A stretch of 32,000 bases of DNA, taken from Dickeya solani IPO 2222. Lineage in GTDB: Bacteria > Pseudomonadota > Gammaproteobacteria > Enterobacterales > Enterobacteriaceae. The DNA is taken from NCBI RefSeq assembly GCF_001644705.1, contig NZ_CP015137.1, positions 3,930,001 to 3,962,000 on the forward strand. Reading direction: 5' to 3'. Both the position numbers and the translations under genes were made by a program. The notes beneath the pieces are model-generated. The model did not search any database. It had not been told where the DNA came from and saw only the letters and a list, made by a program, of their open reading frames with translations. Numbering within the stretch: the first letter of the stretch is position 1; the number at the start of each line of letters is the position of its first letter. Shown here in pieces: positions 1 through 7,248 of the stretch.

Positions 1-503
1 CGTTCCGCTTCAATGCCCCATTTTTTCAGGTGTTCACCCACTTTAAGCGGGGCGATAAAGCGGGTCGCGGTGTCGCGGAAAGCACGAATGGTCTGCTCGT
101 CGAGGTGGTCGTAGTGATCGTGCGACAGCAGGATGATGTCGATATCCGGCAGTGCCTCGCGCGTCAGCGCCGGCGGTTGAAAGCGGCGGAACATAAAGCT
201 GAATGGCGACACGCTGGCGGAAAACACCGGGTCGATCAGGATACGGGTATCATCCAGATTGAGCAGTAGGGTCGAGTGCCCGAACCAGATAAATTTGAGG
301 CGTTCATCAGCGGCAAGAAACGCATTGAGGTCGGGGGATATCACCGGTAGCCGTGTGTCCGGTACGCGCCCTTTGCGCTGAAAACCAAGCCGCCAAATCA
401 ACGACAGGCTTTGCCACAGGTTCATCCGCGGTGCGGCTGACGGGCGCAGGTTGAAAAAACGCCCGGTTTCGGGGGAGTAGTGCTTCGGGTGCAGGTCCGC
501 CAT
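1..503 (-). CDS. MBL-fold metallo-hydrolase, N-terminal part (gene continues beyond the left edge)
   Basis: Absent from the ORF track because it has no stop in the window. Manual minus-strand translation starts at the ATG that is the complement of 501-503, with GGAG 5 nt upstream. It gives MADLHPKHYSPETGRFFNLRP...KFIWFGHSTLLLNLDDTRILIDPVF...DIILLSHDHYDHLDEQTIRAF. This contains the HxHxDH zinc-binding motif in a beta-lactamase-fold context. Confidence 0.75.
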   Translation of the reverse strand, partial: MADLHPKHYSPETGRFFNLRPSAAPRMNLWQSLSLIWRLGFQRKGRVPDTRLPVISPDLNAFLAADERLKFIWFGHSTLLLNLDDTRILIDPVFSASVSPFSFMFRRFQPPALTREALPDIDIILLSHDHYDHLDEQTIRAFRDTATRFIAPLKVGEHLKKWGIEAE

Positions 504-859
504 AAGGTCTCCGGATCGGTGTCACAGAACGGTGACTACAGGTTATATCAGCGTATGCGTATTGATGTGGTGCCAAAAGCGGCAGGATTCAAGGCGCGGC
601 CGACATTTTTGCCCGGTTTTCAATGCAAGGCCGCCCACCTGCGGTTAGCGGCGAAACCCGGCTGTTGACGATATGTTGCAAAATCGCGTCAGGCAGGTGT
701 ATTCAGCTTCTGGCTGAACGTTTGGATTGTTACGCATTCGTGGCGATAGGTTACCGACATGAGTCAATGCTGGTGGGGCGTGATAAGAGGAGAGGCTTTA
801 CTGCCGAAATAACCAAGGGTGGAACCGCGCTAATATGTCGATTAAATAAGCATATTTAT

Positions 860-883
860 CGTTATGTATTTAATTACATAACG
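860..883. promoter_or_regulatory. Perfect 9-bp inverted repeat CGTTATGTA-N6-TACATAACG in the AT-rich fdn upstream region (unknown binder)
   Basis: Read directly from the sequence: cgttatgta tttaat tacataacg. It lies about 65 bp upstream of the FNR box. Confidence 0.3.
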
Positions 884-899
884 AAAATCCACCTGCCAA

Positions 900-915
900 T
901 ACCCATAAAGGGGGT
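900..915 (+). promoter_or_regulatory. NarL/NarP-type heptamer pair (7-2-7-like)
   Basis: TACCCAT (900-906) matches the TACYYMT heptamer consensus 7/7. After a 2-bp spacer comes AGGGGGT, whose reverse complement ACCCCCT matches 5/7. The pair is centred 40 bp upstream of the FNR box of a formate dehydrogenase-N type operon. Confidence 0.35.
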
Positions 916-940
916 GAATGTACTATTAAAACCGTAATTT

Positions 941-954
941 TTGATTTTGCTCAA
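941..954 (+). promoter_or_regulatory. FNR box (TTGAT-N4-CTCAA) of the fdn promoter
   Basis: ttgattttgctcaa matches 9/10 to TTGAT-N4-ATCAA. A -10-like TAGATT at 976-981 sits where a class II FNR promoter (site centred near -41.5) would place it. The fdnG ATG is at 1023. Confidence 0.55.
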
Positions 955-1022
955 AATCTCCTCGTGGCGTGTTGTTAGATTTCCCGCAACAAAAAAAATA
1001 CATAAATTCTATAGGGAAAAGC

Positions 1023-4000
1023 ATGCAAGTTAATCGAAGGGGCTTTTTTAAAGTCTGTGCCGGGGGAATGGCTGGGACTACACTCGCTGTTTTAGGATTT
1101 ACACCAACGGAAGCTATGGCCTCGGTCCGTCAGTACAAGCTGCTGCGGGCGAAAGAAACGCGTAATAACTGCACTTACTGTTCCGTCGGTTGCGGGCTGC
1201 TGATGTACAGCCTGGGCGATGGGGCAAAGAACGCCAAACCCGCCATCTTTCACATCGAAGGGGACCCGGATCACCCGGTCAGTCGCGGCTCTTTATGCCC
1301 GAAAGGCGCCGGTCTGGTGGACTACATCCACAGCGAAGGCCGCCTGAAATTCCCGCAATACCGTGCGCCCGGTTCGGATAAATGGCAGCGCATCGGCTGG
1401 GATGACGCCATTGACCGCATCGCCCGCCTGATGAAAAAAGACCGTGACGCCAATTTCGAGCGCCTCAACGCCAAAGGCGCGCTGGTCAACCGCTGGCTGA
1501 CCACCGGGATGCTGTGCTCTTCCGCCGCCAGTAATGAAACCGGCATTCTCGACCAGAAGTTCGCCCGTTCACTGGGGATGGTCGCCATCGATTGTCAGGC
1601 GCGCCTGTGCCACGGCCCGACCGTGGCTGCGCTGGCGCCGACCTTCGGCCGTGGGGCGATGACCAACAACTGGGTGGATATCAAAAACGCCAACGTGATT
1701 ATCGTGATGGGCGGCAACGCGGCGGAAGCGCACCCGGTCGGCTTCAAATGGGCGGTGGAAGCTCAAACCCACAACGACGCTAAACTGATCGTGGTCGATC
1801 CGCGCTTTAACCGCTCCGCCGCGGTGGCCGACCTGTACGCGCCGATCCGCGCCGGCTCCGATGCCGCGTTCCTGCTGGGGGTCGTCAACTATCTGATCAC
1901 CCACGACAAAATTCACCACGACTACGTGAAGTCTTACACCAGCGCCAGCCTGATCGTGCGTGAGGATTTCAGCTTCGACGAAGGCCTGTTCAGCGGCTAT
2001 AACGCCCAGACCCACCAGTATGACAAGAGCAGTTGGCAGTACGAACTGGGGGCGGACGGTTTCGCCAAACGCGACATGACGCTGACTCACCCGCGTTGCG
2101 TGTGGAACCTGCTGAAAAAACACGTTTCCCGCTACACGCCGGAGATGGTGACCTCGCTGTGCGGCACGCCGGCGAAGGCGTACGAAGAGATCTGTCAGTC
2201 GCTGGCGGATACCTGCGTACCCAACAAAACCGCGACTTTCATGTACGCGCTGGGCTGGACCCACCACACCAACGGCGCGCAGATTATCCGCGCGGCGGCG
2301 ATGATCCAGCTGCTGCTGGGCAACATCGGTATGGCGGGCGGTGGCATCAACGCGCTGCGCGGCCACTCCAATATTCAAGGCTATACCGACCTGGGGCTGC
2401 TGAGTCTCAACCTGCCGGGGTATATGCCGCTGCCGTCCGAGAAACAGGGCGACCTGAAAACCTATCTTAGTCAGATCACGCCGGACGCGCTGCTGCCGGA
2501 TCAGGTGAATTACTGGAAGAATACGCCGAAGTTTTTTATCAGCATGATGAAGAGCTTTTGGGGCGATAACGCGCAGGCGTCCAACAACTGGGGCTATGAC
2601 TGGTTGCCCAAATGGGACCGCAGCTATGACGTGATGGCCCAGACCGAGCTGATGCTGGACGGCAAAATGAACGGCTATATCGTTCAGGGCTTTAACCCGC
2701 TGGCGGCGTTCTCCAACAAGAACAAGGCCACCGCCGCGCTGTCGAAACTGAAATACATGGTGGTGATCGACCCGCTAGCCACCGAAACCTCCACCTTCTG
2801 GCAGAACCACGGCGAGTTCAACGATGTGAACACGGCCGAGATCCAGACCGAGGTGTTCCGCCTGCCGTCCAGCTGCTTTGCCGAAGAAAACGGCTCTATC
2901 GCCAACTCCGGCCGCTGGTTGCAATGGCACTGGGCGGCGGCCGAGCCGCCGGGAGAGGCGTTGCACGACGGTAAGATCCTCGGCCGCCTGATGATGCGCC
3001 TGCGCGAACTGTACCGTGAAGAGGGCGGCGTCTGCCCGGAACCGGTGATGAACATCAACTGGAACTATCAGGACCCGGAAGACCCGACGCCGGAAGAGCT
3101 GGCCCGCGAATCCAACGGCATGGCGCTGGCGGACGTGTATGACGACAAAGGCAATCTGGTGCTGAAAAAAGGCCAGCAGCTGGCGGACTTCTCGCAACTG
3201 CGCGACGACGGCACCACCGCCAGCTTCTGCTGGATTTACGCCGGCAGTTGGACTGAAGCCGGCAACCAGATGGCTAACCGCGACAATACCGATGTCGGTC
3301 TGGGCTGCACGCCGGGCTGGGCCTGGTGTTGGCCGCAGAACCGCCGCATCCTGTACAACCGTGCCTCGGCGGATTTGCAAGGCAAACCCTGGGATAGCAA
3401 ACGCAAACTGCTGGAATGGAACGGCCAGAAGTGGAAAGGCATCGACGTGCCGGATTTCGCCGCCACGGTGCCGCCGGGCAAAGACACCATGCCGTTCATC
3501 ATGCTGCCGGAAGGGGTGGCGCGTCTGTTCTCGCTGGACAAACTGACGGATGGCCCATTCCCGGAACACTACGAACCGATAGAAACCCCGATCGGCACCA
3601 ACCCGCTGCACCCGGCGGTGGTGTCCAACCCGGCGGCGCGCCTGTTTCCGCGCGACGCCAAAACCATGGGCAAGGCGAGCGATTTCCCGTATGTCGCGAC
3701 AACCTATTCCATTACCGAGCTGTTCCGTCACTGGACCAAACACGCGCGCATGAACGCCATCATCCAGCCGGAGCAGTTTGTGGAAATCGGCGAAAACCTG
3801 GCGAAAAGCAAAGGGATTCAGGCGGGCGATATGGTGAAAGTGTCCTGCCAGCGCGGTTACATCAAAGCGAAAGCGGTGGTGACCAAGCGCATCAAGACGC
3901 TGACCGTGGCCGGGAAAGCGATCGAAACCGTCGGCATTCCCTGTCACTGGGGATTTGAGGGCGCCACGCGCAAGGGATTCCTGGCGAATACCCTGACGCC

Positions 4001-4070
4001 CAGCGTCGGCGACGCCAACTCGCAAACGCCGGAGTACAAGGCGTTTCTGGTTAATGTGGAAAAGGTGTAA
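1023..4070 (+). CDS. fdnG: Formate dehydrogenase (N/O type) catalytic alpha subunit, molybdopterin enzyme, Tat-exported, cysteine-type (non-selenocysteine)
   Basis: Taken from ORF 969..4070, with the start moved to ATG 1023. This gives the twin-arginine leader MQVNRRGFFKVCAGGMAGTTLAVLGFTPTEAMA. The 4Fe-4S motif CTYCSVGCG and active-site motif QARLCHGPTVAALAPTFGRGAMTNNW are present. Length is 1015 aa, the same as I recall for E. coli FdnG. Confidence 0.95.
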   Translation: MQVNRRGFFKVCAGGMAGTTLAVLGFTPTEAMASVRQYKLLRAKETRNNCTYCSVGCGLLMYSLGDGAKNAKPAIFHIEGDPDHPVSRGSLCPKGAGLVDYIHSEGRLKFPQYRAPGSDKWQRIGWDDAIDRIARLMKKDRDANFERLNAKGALVNRWLTTGMLCSSAASNETGILDQKFARSLGMVAIDCQARLCHGPTVAALAPTFGRGAMTNNWVDIKNANVIIVMGGNAAEAHPVGFKWAVEAQTHNDAKLIVVDPRFNRSAAVADLYAPIRAGSDAAFLLGVVNYLITHDKIHHDYVKSYTSASLIVREDFSFDEGLFSGYNAQTHQYDKSSWQYELGADGFAKRDMTLTHPRCVWNLLKKHVSRYTPEMVTSLCGTPAKAYEEICQSLADTCVPNKTATFMYALGWTHHTNGAQIIRAAAMIQLLLGNIGMAGGGINALRGHSNIQGYTDLGLLSLNLPGYMPLPSEKQGDLKTYLSQITPDALLPDQVNYWKNTPKFFISMMKSFWGDNAQASNNWGYDWLPKWDRSYDVMAQTELMLDGKMNGYIVQGFNPLAAFSNKNKATAALSKLKYMVVIDPLATETSTFWQNHGEFNDVNTAEIQTEVFRLPSSCFAEENGSIANSGRWLQWHWAAAEPPGEALHDGKILGRLMMRLRELYREEGGVCPEPVMNINWNYQDPEDPTPEELARESNGMALADVYDDKGNLVLKKGQQLADFSQLRDDGTTASFCWIYAGSWTEAGNQMANRDNTDVGLGCTPGWAWCWPQNRRILYNRASADLQGKPWDSKRKLLEWNGQKWKGIDVPDFAATVPPGKDTMPFIMLPEGVARLFSLDKLTDGPFPEHYEPIETPIGTNPLHPAVVSNPAARLFPRDAKTMGKASDFPYVATTYSITELFRHWTKHARMNAIIQPEQFVEIGENLAKSKGIQAGDMVKVSCQRGYIKAKAVVTKRIKTLTVAGKAIETVGIPCHWGFEGATRKGFLANTLTPSVGDANSQTPEYKAFLVNVEKV

Positions 4071-4082
4071 GGGGAGAACGTT

Positions 4083-4991
4083 ATGTCAATGCAATCACAG
4101 GATATTATCCAGCGTTCCGCCACCAGCAGCCTGACGCCGCCGCCACAGGTTCGGGATGATAAAAGCGAAGTCGCCAAACTGATCGACGTCACCACCTGCA
4201 TCGGCTGTAAAGCCTGTCAGGCGGCCTGTTCTGAATGGAACGACATCCGTGACGACGTCGGCCACAACGCCGGGGTGTACGACAATCCGGCCGACCTGAG
4301 CGCCAAATCCTGGACGGTGATGCGTTTCTCTGAAGTCGAGAGCGAAGACCGTCTGGAGTGGCTGATCCGTAAGGACGGCTGTATGCACTGCGCCGAACCG
4401 GGCTGCCTGAAAGCCTGCCCGTCGGCGGGCGCCATCATTCAGTACGCCAACGGCATCGTCGATTTTCAATCCGAACACTGCATCGGCTGCGGTTACTGCA
4501 TCGCCGGCTGTCCGTTCAACATTCCGCGTTTAAATAAGCAGGATAACCGCGTCTACAAATGCACCTTGTGCGTGGATCGCGTCAGCACCGGTCAGGAACC
4601 GGCCTGCGTGAAGACCTGCCCGACCGGCGCTATTCGCTTCGGCACCAAGGACGAGATGAAACAGCTCGCCGCCGAGCGTATCGCGCATCTGCAGAAACGC
4701 GGCTACGACAATGCCGGTCTGTATGACCCGCAGGGCGTCGGCGGCACCCACGTAATGTATGTGCTGCATCATGCGGATAAGCCGTCGCTGTACCACAACC
4801 TGCCTGACAACCCGAAAATCTCGACGCCGGTCAACCTGTGGAAAGGCATTCTCAAGCCACTCTCGACGCTGGGCTTCGTCGCCACGTTTGCCGGGTTAAT
4901 GTTCCACTACATCGGCATTGGGCCGAACACGGAAGAGACCGCGCACCCGCATGAAGGGCAACCGCATGAAGGAGAAGATAAGCATGAGTAA
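4083..4991 (+). CDS. fdnH: Formate dehydrogenase iron-sulfur beta subunit
   Basis: 302 aa. It is near-colinear with E. coli FdnH/FdoH as I recall it ([20 protein letters not shown]...). Four ferredoxin-type Cys clusters are present: [35 protein letters not shown] and CTLC...CVKTC. There is a C-terminal TM helix, and GGGGAGA lies upstream of the ATG. Confidence 0.95.
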   Translation: MSMQSQDIIQRSATSSLTPPPQVRDDKSEVAKLIDVTTCIGCKACQAACSEWNDIRDDVGHNAGVYDNPADLSAKSWTVMRFSEVESEDRLEWLIRKDGCMHCAEPGCLKACPSAGAIIQYANGIVDFQSEHCIGCGYCIAGCPFNIPRLNKQDNRVYKCTLCVDRVSTGQEPACVKTCPTGAIRFGTKDEMKQLAAERIAHLQKRGYDNAGLYDPQGVGGTHVMYVLHHADKPSLYHNLPDNPKISTPVNLWKGILKPLSTLGFVATFAGLMFHYIGIGPNTEETAHPHEGQPHEGEDKHE

Positions 4992-5625
4992 CCCGAAAAT
5001 GATTGTGCGCACCAAATTTATTGACCGTGTTTGCCACTGGATTGTGGTGATCAGCTTCTTTATGGTGGCGCTGTCCGGCATCGCGCTGTTTTTCCCGACG
5101 CTGCAATGGCTGACGCAAACCTTCGGTACGCCGCAGATGGGGCGCATCATGCACCCGTTCTTCGGTATCCTGATCGTCATTTGTCTGGTGCCGATGTTTA
5201 TCCGTTTCGTCGGTCACAACATCCCGAAACGGCGCGATCTGCCGTGGTTCCTCAATATTATCGAGGTGCTGAAGGGCAACGAGCATGAAGTGGCTGACGT
5301 GGGTAAATACAACCCCGGTCAGAAAATGATGTTCTGGAGCATCATGGGCCTGACGCTGGTGCTGCTGATTACCGGCATCATCATGTGGCGCCCTTACTTC
5401 GCGCCTCTGTTCCCGATCGATGTGGTGCGTTACGCCATTCTGCTGCACGCTACGGCGGCCATCGTGCTGATCCACGCCATCCTGATTCACATGTACATGG
5501 CGTTCTGGGTACGCGGTTCGATCAAGGGCATGATCGAAGGCAAGGTGTCGGAGAAATGGGCGTTGAAACACCACCCGCGCTGGGCGCGCACGGTGATCGA
5601 CAAGGCCGATAAAGACAAGAAGTAA
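4984..5625 (+). CDS. fdnI: Formate dehydrogenase cytochrome b556 gamma subunit
   Basis: The track ORF 4918..5625 begins at a TTG. The real start is most likely ATG 4984 ([19 protein letters not shown]...), preceded by AAGGAG at 4969-4974 and overlapping the fdnH stop by 8 nt. The product is 213 aa with four hydrophobic helices and conserved His residues. Confidence 0.9.
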   Translation: MSNPKMIVRTKFIDRVCHWIVVISFFMVALSGIALFFPTLQWLTQTFGTPQMGRIMHPFFGILIVICLVPMFIRFVGHNIPKRRDLPWFLNIIEVLKGNEHEVADVGKYNPGQKMMFWSIMGLTLVLLITGIIMWRPYFAPLFPIDVVRYAILLHATAAIVLIHAILIHMYMAFWVRGSIKGMIEGKVSEKWALKHHPRWARTVIDKADKDKK

Positions 5626-5834
5626 CCTTTCCCGCTGGCGATTATCTTTAATTACAGGATAAAGGTTTTTCCGGCGTTAAAAACTGTGCTGAGGCGGGCG
5701 ACTTCGCCGGGTGAGCCGCATGGATGCGGCGAAAGTCCGTGCCGCGTCAGGAACGCGTCACGGGCGGCCCGAACAGCGAAGGCGAACACCGAAGGTAGCG
5801 CGCAGCGCCACAGTTTAGCCACCAGCCAGTGGTC

Positions 5835-6018
5835 AAGGAGAGGCGGCGTTGAGCCTCTCCTTGTCGTGCGTGCGATGAAGCAGCAAAGAAATTACACCGT
5901 TCATCTCGCACGAAATCATTCACTGCTCAGACAGACATCACCGTTCACAAAACAACTCGGCTGTTTGTCAACAGTCCCTCGACCCCGCGCACCGGCGAGG
6001 TGCGTTGAGCCCTCGCCG
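5835..6018. repeat. Two copies of a hairpin element sharing the core GCGTTGAGCC, inside a GC-rich multi-hairpin intergenic block (about 5690-6020)
   Basis: Copy 1 (5835-5862) is aaggagaggc/ggcgttga/gcctctcctt, a perfect 10-bp stem. Copy 2 (5993-6018) is cggcgagg/tgcgttgagc/cctcgccg, an 8-bp stem. Further hairpins lie upstream, for example gccgcat-gg-atgcggc near 5713-5728. The element could not be named. Confidence 0.35.
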
Positions 6019-6083
6019 TCATACCCCTTGCGGTGATTTGTGGTAGTCTGGCGCGTAACGGAATTCAGGGTGGGTGATGCGCC

Positions 6084-7109
6084 ATGTCACTGAAACAGAT
6101 TGCAAAAACGCTGGGGCTGTCGGTCACTACTGTCAGTCGGGCGCTGAACGGCTACGATGACGTGGCGGCCGAGACACGCCTGCGGGTGGAAGACGAGGCG
6201 CGACGTCTTGGCTATCGCCCTAACACCTTTGCCCGGCGCCTGAAAATGGGCCGTATTGATGCGGTTGGGCTGGTGTTCCCGTTGCAGCCTGCGCCGCTCA
6301 GCAATACCACCTTTATGGAAATGGTGGCGGAGATCAGCCATGAATTGTCGAAGCAGGAGATCGATCTGCTGTTGATCGCCGACGAGGAGCAGGCTGACCA
6401 TCCGGCGTTTTTGCGCATGATTGAAAGCCGCCGGGTGGATGCGCTGATTGTCGCGCATACCCTGCAACAAGATTCTCGCCTGCAATATCTGCAATCGATC
6501 CGCTTTCCGTTTCTGGCGCTCGGGCGCAGCGACCTGCCGACGCCCTATGCCTGGTTCGATTTCGACAATCAGGCCGGTGCCGCGCTCGCCACCCGTAACC
6601 TGATCGCGCTCGGCCACCGTCACATCGCCTTCCTTGGCGAACACCATCCTCAATCATTTATCGCCCAGCGCCGCGCCGGTTATCTGGATGCACTGGCCGC
6701 CGCCGGTATCGCCCGGCGTGATGAGCTGTTGCGTCAGATAGCGCCATCGCGCCGGGAAGGATACCAAACCACCTTGCAGTGGCTGGCACTGCCGCAGCCG
6801 CCCACCGCCATCGTCGTTGACGGCAGTACGCAAGGCGAGGGGGCAGCGCTGGCGTTGCGCGATAGCGGGCGCTTACAGGGCGAGCAGGCGGTATCGCTGA
6901 TCGTCTATGACGGCCTGCCGGCCGACTCGCTGGTGGAGACACCGGTCACCGCCATTACGCAGGCGACTCGCGTGGAGGTGGGGCAGCAGATCGCCGATAT
7001 GGTGTTTCGCCTGCTGGCGGGAGACGCGCCGGCGTCGTTGCAGGCGTTGTGGCAACCGCAACTGCGTGCCGGACAGACCGATAACCCGCCGCCGGCACAG
7101 GCCGGATAG
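6084..7109 (+). CDS. rafR: LacI-family repressor of the raffinose operon
   Basis: 341 aa. The N-terminal HTH is MSLKQIAKTLGLSVTTVSRALNGYDDVAAETRLRVEDEARRLGYRPN. The motifs AWFDFDNQAGA...LIALGHRHIAFLGE are close to E. coli plasmid RafR as I remember it. The gene lies directly upstream of rafA and rafB, with palindromic operators between. Confidence 0.85.
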   Translation: MSLKQIAKTLGLSVTTVSRALNGYDDVAAETRLRVEDEARRLGYRPNTFARRLKMGRIDAVGLVFPLQPAPLSNTTFMEMVAEISHELSKQEIDLLLIADEEQADHPAFLRMIESRRVDALIVAHTLQQDSRLQYLQSIRFPFLALGRSDLPTPYAWFDFDNQAGAALATRNLIALGHRHIAFLGEHHPQSFIAQRRAGYLDALAAAGIARRDELLRQIAPSRREGYQTTLQWLALPQPPTAIVVDGSTQGEGAALALRDSGRLQGEQAVSLIVYDGLPADSLVETPVTAITQATRVEVGQQIADMVFRLLAGDAPASLQALWQPQLRAGQTDNPPPAQAG

Positions 7110-7172
7110 CCGCCGCCACTGGCATGCGCATGCCATCGATCTCATCGTTCGTTTTTTAACCCGATCACAAAA

Positions 7173-7207
7173 CCCAAACGTTTCGGTTCTAATCCGAAAC
7201 GTTTCGG
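7173..7207. promoter_or_regulatory. Two tandem LacI-type operators (putative RafR O1 and O2)
   Basis: O1 (7173-7186) is cccaaac|gtttcgg, 13/14 palindromic. O2 (7194-7207) is ccgaaac|gtttcgg, a perfect 14-bp palindrome that extends to 18/20 over aatccgaaacgtttcggaat. Their centres are 21 bp apart, two helical turns, and lie 40-70 bp upstream of rafA. Confidence 0.65.
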
Positions 7208-7248
7208 AATACAAATAACCTCATCACCCATCATTCAGGAGGATGAGG

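Noticed and set aside
969-1022. Upstream extensions offered by the ORF track: 969 for fdnG, 9300 for rafB, 14264 for ghrA, 26702 for the Tat protein, 23320 for the binding protein, 16961 for the EVE gene and 16124 for dsbG.
   Set aside because: The extensions overlap upstream genes or lack ribosome-binding sites. The downstream ATGs give proper signal or Tat leaders or conserved N-termini, and they have Shine-Dalgarno sequences at 5-10 nt.
1569-4025. Long minus-strand ORFs inside fdnG: 1569..2378 (269 aa), 2775..4025 (416 aa) and 2684..3058.
   Set aside because: They are antisense to a gene with unmistakable FdnG homology. Their translations are Arg/Ala/Gly/His-rich low-complexity sequence typical of shadow ORFs in high-GC DNA, with no start context.
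5686-6036. 116-aa plus-strand ORF in the fdnI-rafR spacer.
   Set aside because: It runs through stacked hairpins and has no RBS. Its composition is Arg/Ala/Ser/Pro-rich, so it is better explained as a structured repeat.
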